Shown here one piece after another: positions 44,801 through 54,779 of a DNA stretch of 64,000 bases. The stretch is taken from the NCBI GenBank assembly GCA_000708835.1, contig DF237116.1:99117-163116 (forward strand). The letters run 5' to 3'. A program made the translations under genes and the position numbers. The first letter of the stretch is position 1. The number at the start of each line of letters is the position of its first letter. This DNA comes from Klebsormidium nitens (lineage: Eukaryota > Plantae > Klebsormidiophyceae). The notes beneath the pieces were generated by a model. The model searched no databases, was not told where the DNA came from, and worked only from the letters and a program-made list of their open reading frames with translations.

Positions 44801-47302
44801 GCACCTGCTTTCCGGTCTGGTTCGGGCCGTGGTTGGGAAGATTGAGGACCAACATTCAAGACTGGAACAGAAAGAAACTGCAATGATCGAAACTGCATGG
44901 TCTCGTGGTTGTTATGAGTGTCATCTACAAGCCTACTACGTGTGCCATAGTTTTGCACCGGTTGACGTTGGACAACTGAGTCATTCATCAGAACGGGGGG
45001 CCAAATCCCGATCCATGAAGGTTTTGGGGGCCCCTCGAGTTTAACGTCAGCGCTTCAGACCGCTTTTTGCAAACAGCAGGTTGTTTGTTCATCTCATCTG
45101 CAGGTTGGCAAACTGTGCAACAACCCCGTGCTCGCCATTGAAATGGCGGCGGGTGCAGATGCCCTCGCGCTGACCCAATACATATACACTTCATCTGAAA
45201 AATGCATGCTTTGTATGGAGACTATTATTGGAGAGACTTGCATTCTGTGCAGGTTGCGAAGCTTTGCAACAACCTTGCGCTCGCCATCGAGATGGCGGCT
45301 GTTGCGGAGGCCCTTGCGCTGGGCCAGAAACTAGGCGTCGACTTGCGCGTGTTGAGCGGGATCTTCAACACGTCGTCAGCGCGGTGTTGGAGCAGGTGAG
45401 GCTCCAAAATTTCTGATTTGATGTATTCTGTGCTTTACCATCGGTCAAAACTGAACTCCCGTTGTCACTTTGCTGGGCGGACCTAGAAAGCACCTCCTGA
45501 TAATCCCGAATGTTCTTTGGCGACAGTTCTGAACTGAGTTTTGGACCCTCGAGCAACTGAATAGCGCCAGTGGAAAAGCGTAACGTAAAAGCTTTTATAC
45601 CCTTCTTTGGGCATTCGCATCTTTCCTGTCGCATCGTACGTATGCTTCTCAACTGCCTCTTCTGAATCGACACTTGTTATGTCTTCGGCTTTGAGAAGCT
45701 CGTGTGCAGTTTCCAGTGGTTTGGAGCAATCTGGATTTTGGAGCGGTCGTATTCAGGATCACCTTCCGACGTTTCTCCTGGCACGTTGCAAACAGCTCAA
45801 CGCTCTCGACATGCTCCACCCCTTCAGCATGGCCTGATTGCGGCGTTCTGTTTTCTGGTCGTGTTCACAGGGAAGGCCGAAACCGTCGTACTGACGTCAG
45901 CCTCCTCTCCTGCCTGCAGTGATACGTACAACCCGGTTCCGGGGGTCCTGGAAAACATCCCCGCTTCTAGAGGGTATGGGGGCGGCTTTGCGACGCGATT
46001 GATGGTGAGCTAATAATCGGGACTTATGCGCAGCATTTCCAGTTAATTGGAGCGGCAGGGTGTACTCATGCCGCACGTGGTTTTTTGTAAGAGATGCATG
46101 TTTCGTGCGCCTCGGTTGTGATGTCTGAACTGAAAGTTGACAGTTTCGTGGTCCGAAGGCTGTTTGATGCAAGTCTGCTGTTTGACCCAGGCGCCCTTTT
46201 CCAATAAATATTCTAGAGCTTCGCTTGAAGGAAATCTTCTGCTCGGGCACCTCGCAAGCTGTACGCCAGAAGAACGACGTCGCTTCTTTGACCTGCTTTT
46301 TGTCCCCTCGAGAACCTTCGCGCACCTCTCTTTCGTAGAGAAGTCGAGCCAAGCACTCATCTCAGATCAATTCAGGCATGTGCCGGAGGAGACTTAGAGC
46401 CTAAGTCCTCTTCTTTTACATTCCGGTTGGATGAGAATGTCGTATACAAGCAGGGCATGATCATGTGCACGACTTTAAGCAAAGGCTGCAGCTTGACCGT
46501 TAGCTGAACATGTGGTTTCGTCGACCCGCAGGTGAAAGACATTAGCCTTGCGTTGGCGGCTGGAAAAGAGGCGGGGGCAGTAATACCCTTAGGTGCAAAG
46601 GTCCTCGAACTGTAAGTCACAGTGTTTCGAAATTTCCTGTTTGAAGTCCTGGCCCTTTTTCTTTTTGACATCCTCTTCGTGCACGGTCGCTGCTTGAGAT
46701 AGAAGAATTGATGCTCCCAATCAAATACCCACTGTCACTGACAATCGGTCAATCTGTCGGTGGCTTTTTAGTTAGAGAACAACACTTCATATGAGCACCG
46801 CCAGCCTACGCAGGAGCGATACTTTGCGTGTCGTTTTTGGGGATGTATGCCTCTGCTTCGATCGCAAGCAAGCCGGCCCCGCATTCTTTGTCATTGCCAG
46901 CCTCCTTCAGTTTTGGCTCCTCTCTTCAGTCTATTGAGGGCTTGGGTATGCAGTCCTCATTTCATCGTTGATTTCTTGTGGCCACGGTTCTCCATTCAAC
47001 GTTTAAGGCGCCCAAAGTAGGAAAAGTCTTAGCAGCTTAAATCACCCTCAAAACCTCGTGTCGAATGTGCTTTGTGAGCGGTCTCTGCCCTCAAGCAAAG
47101 TTCTAAGAAAGTCACGAACAGATTTTTGACCGCTCTCCTAATGTGCAGGTACACTAGAATGATTGACGGGGGCGCTTCATCCAAGGACTTTTCCGCTATA
47201 TACGAGCACATATACGGCGGTGCCGGCGTTTCGCCGGCTCCCAAAACGTCACCAGACAGCTCACAAGCAGGGCATCCAGCTCCTATAGCAAGTGACCGAT
47301 AA
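29846..47302 (+). CDS. HIBADH: 3-hydroxyisobutyrate dehydrogenase, mitochondrial (valine catabolism), ~360 aa
   Basis: Secure exons: 35075-35278, 36311-36470, 37024-37214, 45253-45395, 45920-46004, 46532-46611, 47149-47302 (TAA). Motifs: [90 protein letters not shown]. The first exon 29846-29911 ([22 protein letters not shown]|GTGGGA, presequence-like, phase 0) is tentative. Confidence 0.93.
31450..34560 (+). repeat. Degenerate higher-order tandem array (four ~0.76-1.06 kb units built from related sub-motifs) in HIBADH intron 1
   Basis: GTCTGGC(A/G)GCTTC anchors near 31478, 32350, 33416, 34172. GGCCAGGA..CTCCCCTTG near 31606, 32489, 33548, 34285. Related GGGC.AGGACGAACTGTG motifs near 31831, 32711, 33770, 34500. 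CGACTGTCGAGG.AAAAGCG near 32186 and 33278. Confidence 0.85.
35175..35636 (+). repeat. Donor-side echoes of HIBADH exon 35075-35278
   Basis: The last ~100 nt of the exon recur (ATGAAAGCGGAGGG..GATCCAGAAGAAG..GACGTCGTTACTACCATGGCTGCCGTCA..|GTATGT) with the echo donor at 35461 (182 nt). A fainter second copy ends ATCTGCAGAT|CTGAGTAAC near 35629. Confidence 0.85.
35640..36360 (+). repeat. Four-unit ~178-nt tandem array of intron end + acceptor + start of HIBADH exon 36311
   Basis: ..ACCACCCG.T.T..AAC.(A)CAG|GT at 35776, 35958, 36136 and the real 36311. Translations are [21 protein letters not shown] (frameshift), [12 protein letters not shown] and the real [12 protein letters not shown]. Confidence 0.95.
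36860..37125 (+). repeat. Acceptor + ~105-nt exon echo of HIBADH exon 37024 (copy at 36869)
   Basis: [23 protein letters not shown]-(1-nt deletion)[10 protein letters not shown] versus [35 protein letters not shown]. Spacing is 155 nt. Confidence 0.95.
45095..45330 (+). repeat. Acceptor + exon-start echo of HIBADH exon 45253 (copy at 45104)
   Basis: TGCAG|[25 protein letters not shown] versus TGCAG|[25 protein letters not shown]. Spacing is 149 nt, which is out of frame. Confidence 0.95.
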
Positions 47303-47879
47303 CGTAGGCTACTCTCGAGGCAGACCAGTTGCAGCGGCACCTTAGACAAATTAAGATGTTAACCTTGAACTATATCCTGCTCCAAGATCGTTTGGGCGAT
47401 CTCCTCTTCGATCCGTCAGTCAAAGGTTGTCTACTTTTCTATGAGCATTTGGCCGCTGAAGATGCACGAGCAACTGTATCCGATTCCTGCACTGCGTTTC
47501 CCGTATGGTGTCAGTGTCGAAACCCAAAAGATTGATTGTCAAGGGCCAAGATGAGGTGACGTCCAGCTCATCATGAGACAGTCGGTCTGGTCAGTACCTC
47601 TGACGCCCTGACAATTTCCAATCCTCCATTTTGGACTTATTTTTGCACTTTCTGCAACGCGTTCGCCTTCCTCGACGATTGCGTTGCTCCGCCGCTGCGG
47701 CTATTCGCTCGAAAGGGGTGCTCCAGGCGATGGAGAGACTGCCCAGCAGGTCGGACTTCACTGTATTGCTTCCGTACAGGCTATCTTTTCCTCATGGCCT
47801 CAGAAATCATTGGTCGAGACTCCTGTTGCTTGGCTCTAAGTCTCGTTTCCACCTCGTTATCAGATAAGAGAATTCCTGT

Positions 47880-48620
47880 GTCGGAGTCCGCTTCTCTACG
47901 TACAAGGCCAGCAATCCGCGCTCGAATTTGCTTTCATAGTATTCCCCCGCAGCCGCGAGTTTTCACTCGAATTTGGGTCGAAACGTACTCAACGCACCTT
48001 TTTCTGTTGTGGAAAAACGGCTTGGTATCCCCATCTGGTTTAGCATGATGCTTGTCTCTCAATCATATTGGGCGGTGACAGCGATCTCGTGTTGGAAACA
48101 AAGACGTTTCTAACAAAACCTTCCTCGAGGCCTGATGACGCCGAATGCGATTTCCCGTTACTCAGATATCGGAAACCCGTCTTATCGAGCAGACGTTCGT
48201 AGATTTCTGGTTTAGCTTGACTATTGCTTGGGACTCGGCTAGGCTTCCACAAGAGCCGGGCAATGAAAATTGTCTCACGTTGGAAATCGAGTACGACAGT
48301 GTCCTTGGGTGGGACTGGGATTGTGCTGTACTTGACGCCCAATGGTCGGGCGTCCGCATCAATCTGCCTCTCTGAAAGCACCTTTGAAAAGCCCGAGCTT
48401 TTCTTGGTTTTGGTCCGATGCTTGGCATCTATCATGGGGTCGGGCAATGACAAACGTACCACGCTGGAATTTGGAACGGTTCTAGGAGGAAGTCAATGGG
48501 TTCTCATGACGCCCAGGCAACTCGCGTCCTGCCAATTGGTTCTTGGTTCTTCGTTTCGAAAACGTACGGTCAAATTGAATGAATTTGAAGCCTGTTCTGT
48601 GCCTAAACTCACGGTCACTC
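47880..48620. repeat. Decayed ~185-nt tandem array downstream of HIBADH
   Basis: GGGC..TGA....CTC..GTTGGAA starts at 48069, 48257 and 48441 (spacings 188, 184). Each unit also carries TGACGCC and GAAAA..CG motifs, and a partial unit lies upstream (TCTGGTTTAGC.TGA). Confidence 0.75.
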
Positions 48621-51099
48621 TGGTCGGTCACTTAGGCTAATTTCTCTTTTGTCGATCTATCCATTGGGGTGTGCTCATTTCGTCTCGCCTCGCAGCCGCT
48701 ACAGCCGCGGAAGGGCCGTAGTACGGTTTCAGTTGGCAGATCAGACGCAGGATCTGATGCGAAAACTTGCATGCCACTGGGTAGACGAAAATGTCCCACC
48801 TCGAACATTTGGGATCCTCTTGGAGATTTGCACTCAAATCGCGGCCTGCATGAGTGCTTCTCAGCACCGAAACTGGCACAGCGCAGCAGCGAGGGCCGGG
48901 CTTAGTATTTGGTCGGCGGCGCGTGCGCATGTGACTTTGTCTTCTAAGCGCGGAAAATGGGGCTGATTTTGGTTCGTGTGCTTCCTGTGTTCGATCGATC
49001 CGCACTCCTGCCCTTATTTGTTGGCCGGATTGACTTTCTGTGCTTCTCTCAACGGTTTTAGGTACTGTTAGCTTCCGAGCTATATCAAAACTTTAAAACC
49101 GCATCTGGAGTTCGGTTTGTCCGGATGCCATGACGTTAACGCATACTTGGACTTTTGGCGTATTCATCCAATTCGCGAGGCCGGGCCATTGTTAACGCGT
49201 CCTTGAACGTACTTAAGACGAACCGTTTGTCCTTTTCAACTTGCAAGCGACGTGCTCTCCAACGCGATTGTTTGTGAATCCAAGCCGTTCGATCAGCTAG
49301 TTCCTTTTTAGAGGCCGCCGGGCTTTTCGTTCAATGCAATGACTTTCAAGCTTTAGCTAGGGAACTCATGCAATCGAGACGACACAGCACTCGATCACTT
49401 TGAAATTATGAAGCCGCGCATGCCGATAGACTCTAAATACAGTGCACCGTCACCCCTAGCATATCAAATAGACCTTAGGCGTTGGAGTGGTTTAGCTCAA
49501 AGCTAGGCGTAAGTCAAGCAACTGCGTGTGCAGGTTGGCTTTTTGTACGAGGGACGAACAATGAACCGCCAAGTAAGAATAGTTATATACCAAGGGCAGG
49601 GACGAGTCGCTTTAATTGCGGCAAAGCAGGCTGGGCTTCCGCTTGTGACGACCCACTGTGCTTCCTGCATCGCTGGTCTGATGCCGACCACGTTCCTTCC
49701 ACTTCTTGATCGGGAACACGTCTCATGACGCACATTCTGTTGATCCCCCATCCCACTTTACCGCTTTCGAAATTAACGGGGGCTTGTTTTGAGAAAGTAT
49801 TTTGAAAGCCAAGATAAGCTAGCTTTTCCACGGGGCTCTGTTGGCCTCAGAATTTACTCGAAAATGCCGCACGGCATGGCATGGCTCAAGAGCGTGGCTC
49901 GAGCTAGTGCCCAGCAACGATTGCAGCTGCCCGATGTCATACTGTATGTTCTTCTTTTTACTGAAACTTTATTGGCACTAGCTCGCGAATTATGGGCAGA
50001 ACCCCCAGACTCAACCTACTGTGGTTTTATGGACTTGAAAGAACTAGAGAAAGCCGAAAACGAAGTCAAGGTGCACGTACTGCCAGGAAAAAGGTGATCC
50101 TCCAAATTGCAGCATAAGACGCGGTAAGATCGGGGCAAGGATGATGCGCGGGATTGGGAACGTTACCCAGAGCTAGAGCTGTACCTGTGACTACTACGTC
50201 GGAGCCTCCTTGCTTTAGTAATTCTGACGATGGGGTCAAGCCTTCATGAATGCGGGGTATCCGTCATTCGGAATTAATAGCGCGGCAGTTACTCCATCGG
50301 CGATTAGCCAGAGCATGCATAGCACGCGGTAACATGCTCATGAAACTTCGCCTGCCCTCGATCCCAGAACGCGCCACGCGCGGCGCGCTAACTACTATGT
50401 ACTTATTCTCCTTGACCCTGCTCTGTGGCCCTCTTTAGCCGGATACAAAGACCGTCTTACGTGTTTGGCATGTTTTGTGACGTTCAAAGACAAGCTGGAT
50501 GAGGTGCAAAGTGGGAAGGAACTTAGTTTGTCCACAGGGTCCGTGTTCGTACACGTCGGTACTGAGTGACGCCTCAATCTCTCTGCTTTCTTCAATCCCG
50601 CTTTTGTCTTTCACAATTATACTCACAATTTAGAAATTCAAGTCTTGCTATGAAAACCATCTTCTTGTTTGTTGAAACCAGATCCAAGTTGCATGCCCCG
50701 CTCAAGACTCGCTCTCGGTCTTGTCTTCTTACGCATTTCCTCGGATCAGCAAGCCTGCCGTCCAATCTTTGGAACCTTGGCTCGGGATCCAAAACCGATC
50801 GTTTTTGCGAAACTTCATGACGGTATACATATCTATCTCTGCGTGCACGCCCCAAAGAAAGGCCTTTCAAAACAATTACTCCGTTTCGTGCTGGGCGATG
50901 AAGAGCGGTAGGCCCCTGAGAATGTCTCAAGGTGTTCTACATGCTTGCTCCTGACGTTCGCTTGTTGACCGGCCGATAAATCAGGTCACCGCTGTTTGTC
51001 GACTTTGTTACGCCTCTGTTTGGATGCATCAATGCTGGCGTAGTTGCCATTGAGGCTTTTCTTTTAAAAAACCATGTGGGGAGGTGACCAGTACTTTGA

Positions 51100-52550
51100 A
51101 AGTGCGCACATCCATCCTGGCAAATACGGGGGTACGATCTAGCTAGGCGCAAGCCGGTTGCGTATAACAAGGCGTCCGCTTCCAAGGTTGTGTGAAAATG
51201 GTGGCAGATTGTTAAGTTCGGAAGAATTCCAGACGTGGTCTCAGAAATCCTTCAGGACTTTCAAGACTTCAGAAATTGGAAACAAAAACTAGCGCCCACT
51301 TTGATTGGTTTTCGGAATGAACCGTTCTCACTGTTGCTATACCTTCTACGTATAGCTTGTGCGCATGACCTACAGCATGACCTAGATCATGCACCAGAAC
51401 ATAGTTCTATGCACCGTCTCGATGCTTTTGGTCTAGGAACGGTTACTATCTTGGGCGCAAGCCGTATCCTGGCTGAATCTCATGATCGAGCTAGGCGCCT
51501 GTAAGAGCTGGCCGCCCTTCTTCTGCATATCATGTAGCAACGTTTCGAGACAAGGATGAGGCGCTTGTACCACAGGGAATCGTACTCCAAGCTCGCTAAG
51601 CTCGTCGAAGTGCATCTGATGCTTTCGTCCTTGACCAGACCCACCGGGACCGATCCGTTCGCCGCTGCATACATAACCTGGGCAGCGCGGTGGCGGGCTT
51701 ATCTGGAAAGAAAGTCACTCGCTGTTTTTGGTCCAATCCTCGGTAGAAATCCGGGTTGGCATTTGTGAAACTGCAAGGAACAACCGCGCCAACTGGCGAC
51801 GAAGTGCGAAGTGAGACGTGCTCGCGCCGAGGAAACGCGAGATATTTCTTGGATTCGTCTGATGCCAGGCTTCTTCCTTGATTCATGACCAAGAGAGCGT
51901 CCGTTTGATCTCCACAAAGATGCTTTTAGTGTAGATAAAGTGTGAAGCTCCTTCAGCTCGTCAAATGTTGGTACGCGCTAAAATCGATGGCGGCGAAACG
52001 CTCTGCCTGGGACGATGCAGAGGCGCATTATGATTGTGAGTGAGGACCAAAAGTTTCTCGTGGAAGGTTTGCCCATCCCACTGATGGCCCCCAGACGACC
52101 CCATTCGGCAAAGATATCGCTCATGCTAGGAGCAGCGCCCGGATGTTGAGCATTCCTTTTCCAAGTTGTTGCATTCTTACTGGTTTGAGAACCTCGCTGA
52201 AAAAACTCGGCCGTCATCTTTTCATGTCATCGGCTTCTGCAGCAATGGGCTCTATATAATCTGGCTTCACATACCAACATGAATGCTGCAGTGCTCGAGC
52301 CTTTTGTCTTCGTGTACGGTGCCTTTAATCGGCTTTACAAGGAGGCAAGGATGCTTGTCGAGGCGCTTTAAGAGAGTGCGCTTTTTCCCGGTCGGGCAAC
52401 AGTGCTCAAATTGATCGATGCCTTTCACCAAGATGAACTTCTCTTGTGGCCAAGAGATACCAGATTCGGTTTATACCGCGGCAATAGCGTACGCAAGCTA
52501 TCTCGTTGATTAATGATTTCTTTTTTGGACGAGAAGGGCAGTCACTGACG
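51100..52550 (+). pseudogene. Possible decayed coding relic, family unrecognised
   Basis: The frame of ORF 51235-51504 reads through TAA and TAG into ORF 51556-51768 (HDRARRL*ELAALLLHIM*QRFETRMRRLYH..). A second protein-like stretch lies near 52260-52540 (VLEPFVFVYGAFNRLYKEARMLVEAL*ESALF..DELLLWPRDTRFGLY). No motif recognised. Confidence 0.3.
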
Positions 52551-54779
52551 GGACCTGAATAATCTAAGCTCGTTGTTCAGATCAGTTTGTCTCCGGCTAC
52601 TACTTAGAGAACACGAGACCTCGTAATTTCAGATTCGGGCGGTGACGCGGCCCTAATTGGAACCACGCGCATCCCTTAGGTTACGGAAGGTGAGGTGAAA
52701 GCTATTATGTTTTCTGTCAGGAACGCAGGAATGGTCAGCTCCCCACTTAGCAAGACTGAGATTCTGCTTGTGACGACTCATCTGTTCGCTCTGGGCGCCG
52801 CTATGATGTAGAGTTATCCAAATTGATCGAGGGAACAGAGGCTCATGCAGATCCAGCTGGTTATGCGCATAAAGTTGCGCTTTGTTTCGAGCGCAAATTA
52901 GACTGAAGGCGCGAAGATACGCGTTTCATCGGTTTGTGCTGGCCCTTGACAAATGCAGCACAAGCCGGCGGGTCAGTTGCCGCTTGAGCCTGTATTAGAG
53001 TCAGAATGCGCGCATACCGCGGCCGCAACGCGCGCCAAAGTCATGCACGACGTGCACCCGTGAGGCTGCACTCTCCGCAACTTCTCGAATATGCTTCTAC
53101 TTCTTTGCTAAGTTCTATGGAGGATTGGGTGTTGAAAGGATGTCATGCTCGAGCCGCAGATGTGTTGGGAGATTGTTCTGCTGAATGCTTGATCTACATG
53201 CTTGTTGAGATCTAGTACTCCAGCCTTGTAGGTGATCAAACTTACTGGCCGAGTTGTCGGAGCGCTGGAAGGCCACATCCTAGAATTAGGCGCGCTAGTC
53301 TGCGTACGCGTACGTCAGTTTGTTGTCGAATTCTGGAATATCCGTTTTGGGCAGCAGGAGGGAGGAAGAATGAAATTGCTTACAGCAATCCATGTGCCAG
53401 TCGGAGATTCGAGGTCACCGAAAGTATTCAAGCCTAACCCAGCAGACCTCGGGTTGCTTAATCACGGTGCGACAACATGTCCAAGGACATTCAACGGCCA
53501 GGGCGTACGTGTCTCATGATCAGGGTACTGCTGATATCGATTGCACTTCAGCGCCGGCCATCTGGCAAAAAACAAAAGTATGCAAATGTCGGGGACAGGA
53601 AACGAGCTGGAACCTCGTCGCCGGCGCGAAAAGGGTAGAAGAATGTGCTTCACTCGCGTTGTGAACACGCAGGACGTATGTGGTCATGACAAAGTGTGAT
53701 GTTGTGCGGCGTCACCTAGGTCTTCATTGTAGGATCTGCACGCCCAGCTTTGAGAGGGATCGCGATTGCCGGGTATAAACTCAAACCCTTAGTAACACCT
53801 ATCCACACACGTCGACTATACGCCTTTGATCTTACAATTGTGTCTAAGCGGCCTTTGACTCCTCTTGACAATTGTGTCACTCAGAAGGCCAAGGCTTGAG
53901 CAGTGCCGGGCAAAGACGATACCTGCATCTGGAACGATGCTTCCAGGCAACTCTCCAACCTGGCAAATCCGACGCCCGTGCCGTCGTTTCTCGATCGACA
54001 GCCCAGATTCGAATGTTGTCTCTAACTGGCGATTTGATTCACCTTGATAATCATCTCTTACATTCAATCATTATGTATATGGTCGTCAAGATTGGCCATA
54101 AGGGCATACATAGGACAAAGCGGGTGGCCACTGGTAGGGCGTGCAGGCTCAACCAGTTCAGCTTCGATTCCCCGCCGGTCGTCCTAATGAATTCATTTGC
54201 GAAATTTTTGAAGACCGCATGCCATGATAATTCGAGGTTTCAATGCTCAATTTATAACTTCATTCAATCAGGCAGGGAATGGCCGGCCAAAGCGCCCTGA
54301 TATGAAAACATGGGCGCCCATTCTTGTTTTCACAATCACGACGGAAGACTGAGGGTTCGTTCTCATCGCGCGGCTGAAAATCAATGGAGTGAGCAAGTTG
54401 GCAAGATTGGCTCGTAGTCGTCCGGTCAAACACGATCAACTTGCAGTCAAAGAACAGTATGATCAGAATTCTCCCCTGTTTTTGCTTCTTCCTGTCGTAA
54501 TGGGCAGACAAATCGCTCGCTCTGCAGGAGGTGTGTGACGCCATCAAGAGACGATGCGCTTGAAGGGTGCCCGAAACCGTTACTCAGCTAGAATATCTGC
54601 TGGGCGACGTCCACTTCCTATTCAATCGGTGTGGAATCAGCGTGTCCGCTGATGCAAAGACTGTACAAATCATAAACAATGGTTCGGCGGCCTCACGATG
54701 AAGCGTTCCGTGGACCCCTCAGGAGGCCTCGAAGTTCTCAATTGTAAGACTGCTTTGTGCTAAGGTTCGATAGATCTCG

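Noticed and set aside
48125-48165. CTGATGA followed by a short stem as a hammerhead ribozyme
   Set aside because: The required GAAA after stem II and the closing stems are absent.
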